Assembly (NCBI RefSeq): GCF_042660085.1
Contig: NZ_JBHSTI010000008.1
Coordinates: 630,001-662,000 of the forward strand
Origin: Longivirga aurantiaca
Lineage (GTDB): Bacteria; Actinomycetota; Actinomycetes; S36-B12; CAIYMF01
Length of the DNA stretch: 32,000 nucleotides
Direction: 5' to 3'
Part shown: in pieces, positions 31,406-32,000 of the stretch
Layout of the letters: every line of letters starts with the position of its first letter
How positions within the stretch are numbered: position 1 is the stretch's first letter
Translations under genes and position numbers: made by a program
The notes under the pieces: model-generated
The model's input: the letters and a program-made list of their open reading frames with translations, nothing else
What the model was told of the DNA's origin: nothing
The model's database searches: none

Positions 31406-32000
31406 CCTCGCCGATCCTGGAGGGCACCAAGGTCGACGCCTGGATCCCCATGAGCGACGGCGTGTTCCTCGCCATCACGCTGTACGTCCCGAACGCCGCG
31501 CACGGGCCGCAGCCGTGCATCCTCGAGGCGCTGCCCTACCGCAAGGACGACATGACGTCGTCGTACCGGCCTGAGTACGTGCGGCTGCGCGACGAGCACG
31601 CGTACGCCGTCGCGCGGCTCGACGTACGGGGCACGGGCAGCAGCGGCGGCCGCGCCACCGACGAGTACCCGGAGGCGGAGCAGCGCGACCTCACCGAGGT
31701 GATCGCGTGGCTCGCGGCGCAGGAGTGGTGCGACGGCAACATCGGCATGTACGGCACGTCATACAGCGGCTTCAACTCGCTGCAGATGGCGTGCGAGCGC
31801 CCGGCCCACCTGAAGGCGGTCATCGCGATCTACGCGACCGACGACCGGCACACCGACGACGTGCACTACATGGGCGGCCTGCGGCGGTGGATCGACCTCG
31901 TCGACTACTGCCACTACATGACGCCGATGAACGCGCTGCCGCCCGTTCCCGCGGTGTTCGGGCCCGGCTGGCGCGAGGAGTGGAAGGCGCGGATCGCCGA
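31402..32000 (+). CDS. CocE/NonD (S15 X-Pro dipeptidyl-peptidase-like) hydrolase, N-terminal part (continues past the window)
   Basis: Not in the ORF track because it has no stop in the window. GTG at 31402 overlaps the upstream TGA. My translation gives VTSPILEGTKVDAWIPMSDGVFLAITLYVP...LPYRKDD...ARLDVRGTGSSGG...NIGMYGTSYSGFNSLQMA, with a GxSYxG nucleophile elbow. Confidence 0.8.
   Translation, partial: MTSPILEGTKVDAWIPMSDGVFLAITLYVPNAAHGPQPCILEALPYRKDDMTSSYRPEYVRLRDEHAYAVARLDVRGTGSSGGRATDEYPEAEQRDLTEVIAWLAAQEWCDGNIGMYGTSYSGFNSLQMACERPAHLKAVIAIYATDDRHTDDVHYMGGLRRWIDLVDYCHYMTPMNALPPVPAVFGPGWREEWKARIA

Overview
High-GC actinobacterial chromosomal segment; the exact taxon cannot be determined from sequence alone. 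Both flanks carry ordinary genes. Left: a desaturase fragment, an S4 protein, a hydrolase-ABC exporter pair, an FAD oxidoreductase and a secreted Fn3 protein. Right: a PolA-like polymerase, a small acidic protein, kgd (2-oxoglutarate dehydrogenase), an SDR, an ABC-2 exporter, a Kv-type K+ channel, a GNAT, an HDAC-family deacetylase, a DmpA/S58 peptidase and a CocE/NonD hydrolase. The centre (about 8.3-18.5 kb) is an accessory island of visibly lower GC. Two dissimilar DUF222+HNH endonuclease genes (REP13E12 type) in convergent orientation bracket eight short, functionally unrelated genes and an IS110 remnant. Almost every gene junction carries one copy, always in the same orientation, of a repeat family with conserved ends (GAAGTGCCGTTCTGAC ... 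GAACCGGCACTA). The two ends are imperfect inverted repeats of each other, and the middle varies in sequence and length. This cassette-array-like organisation has no integrase and is the main candidate for something undescribed. Both HNH genes also have a RecA-independent DNA-damage (RecA-NDp/PafBC-type) promoter motif placed so that the start codon would be leaderless. All functional calls rest on motifs read in the translated ORFs; no database search was possible.
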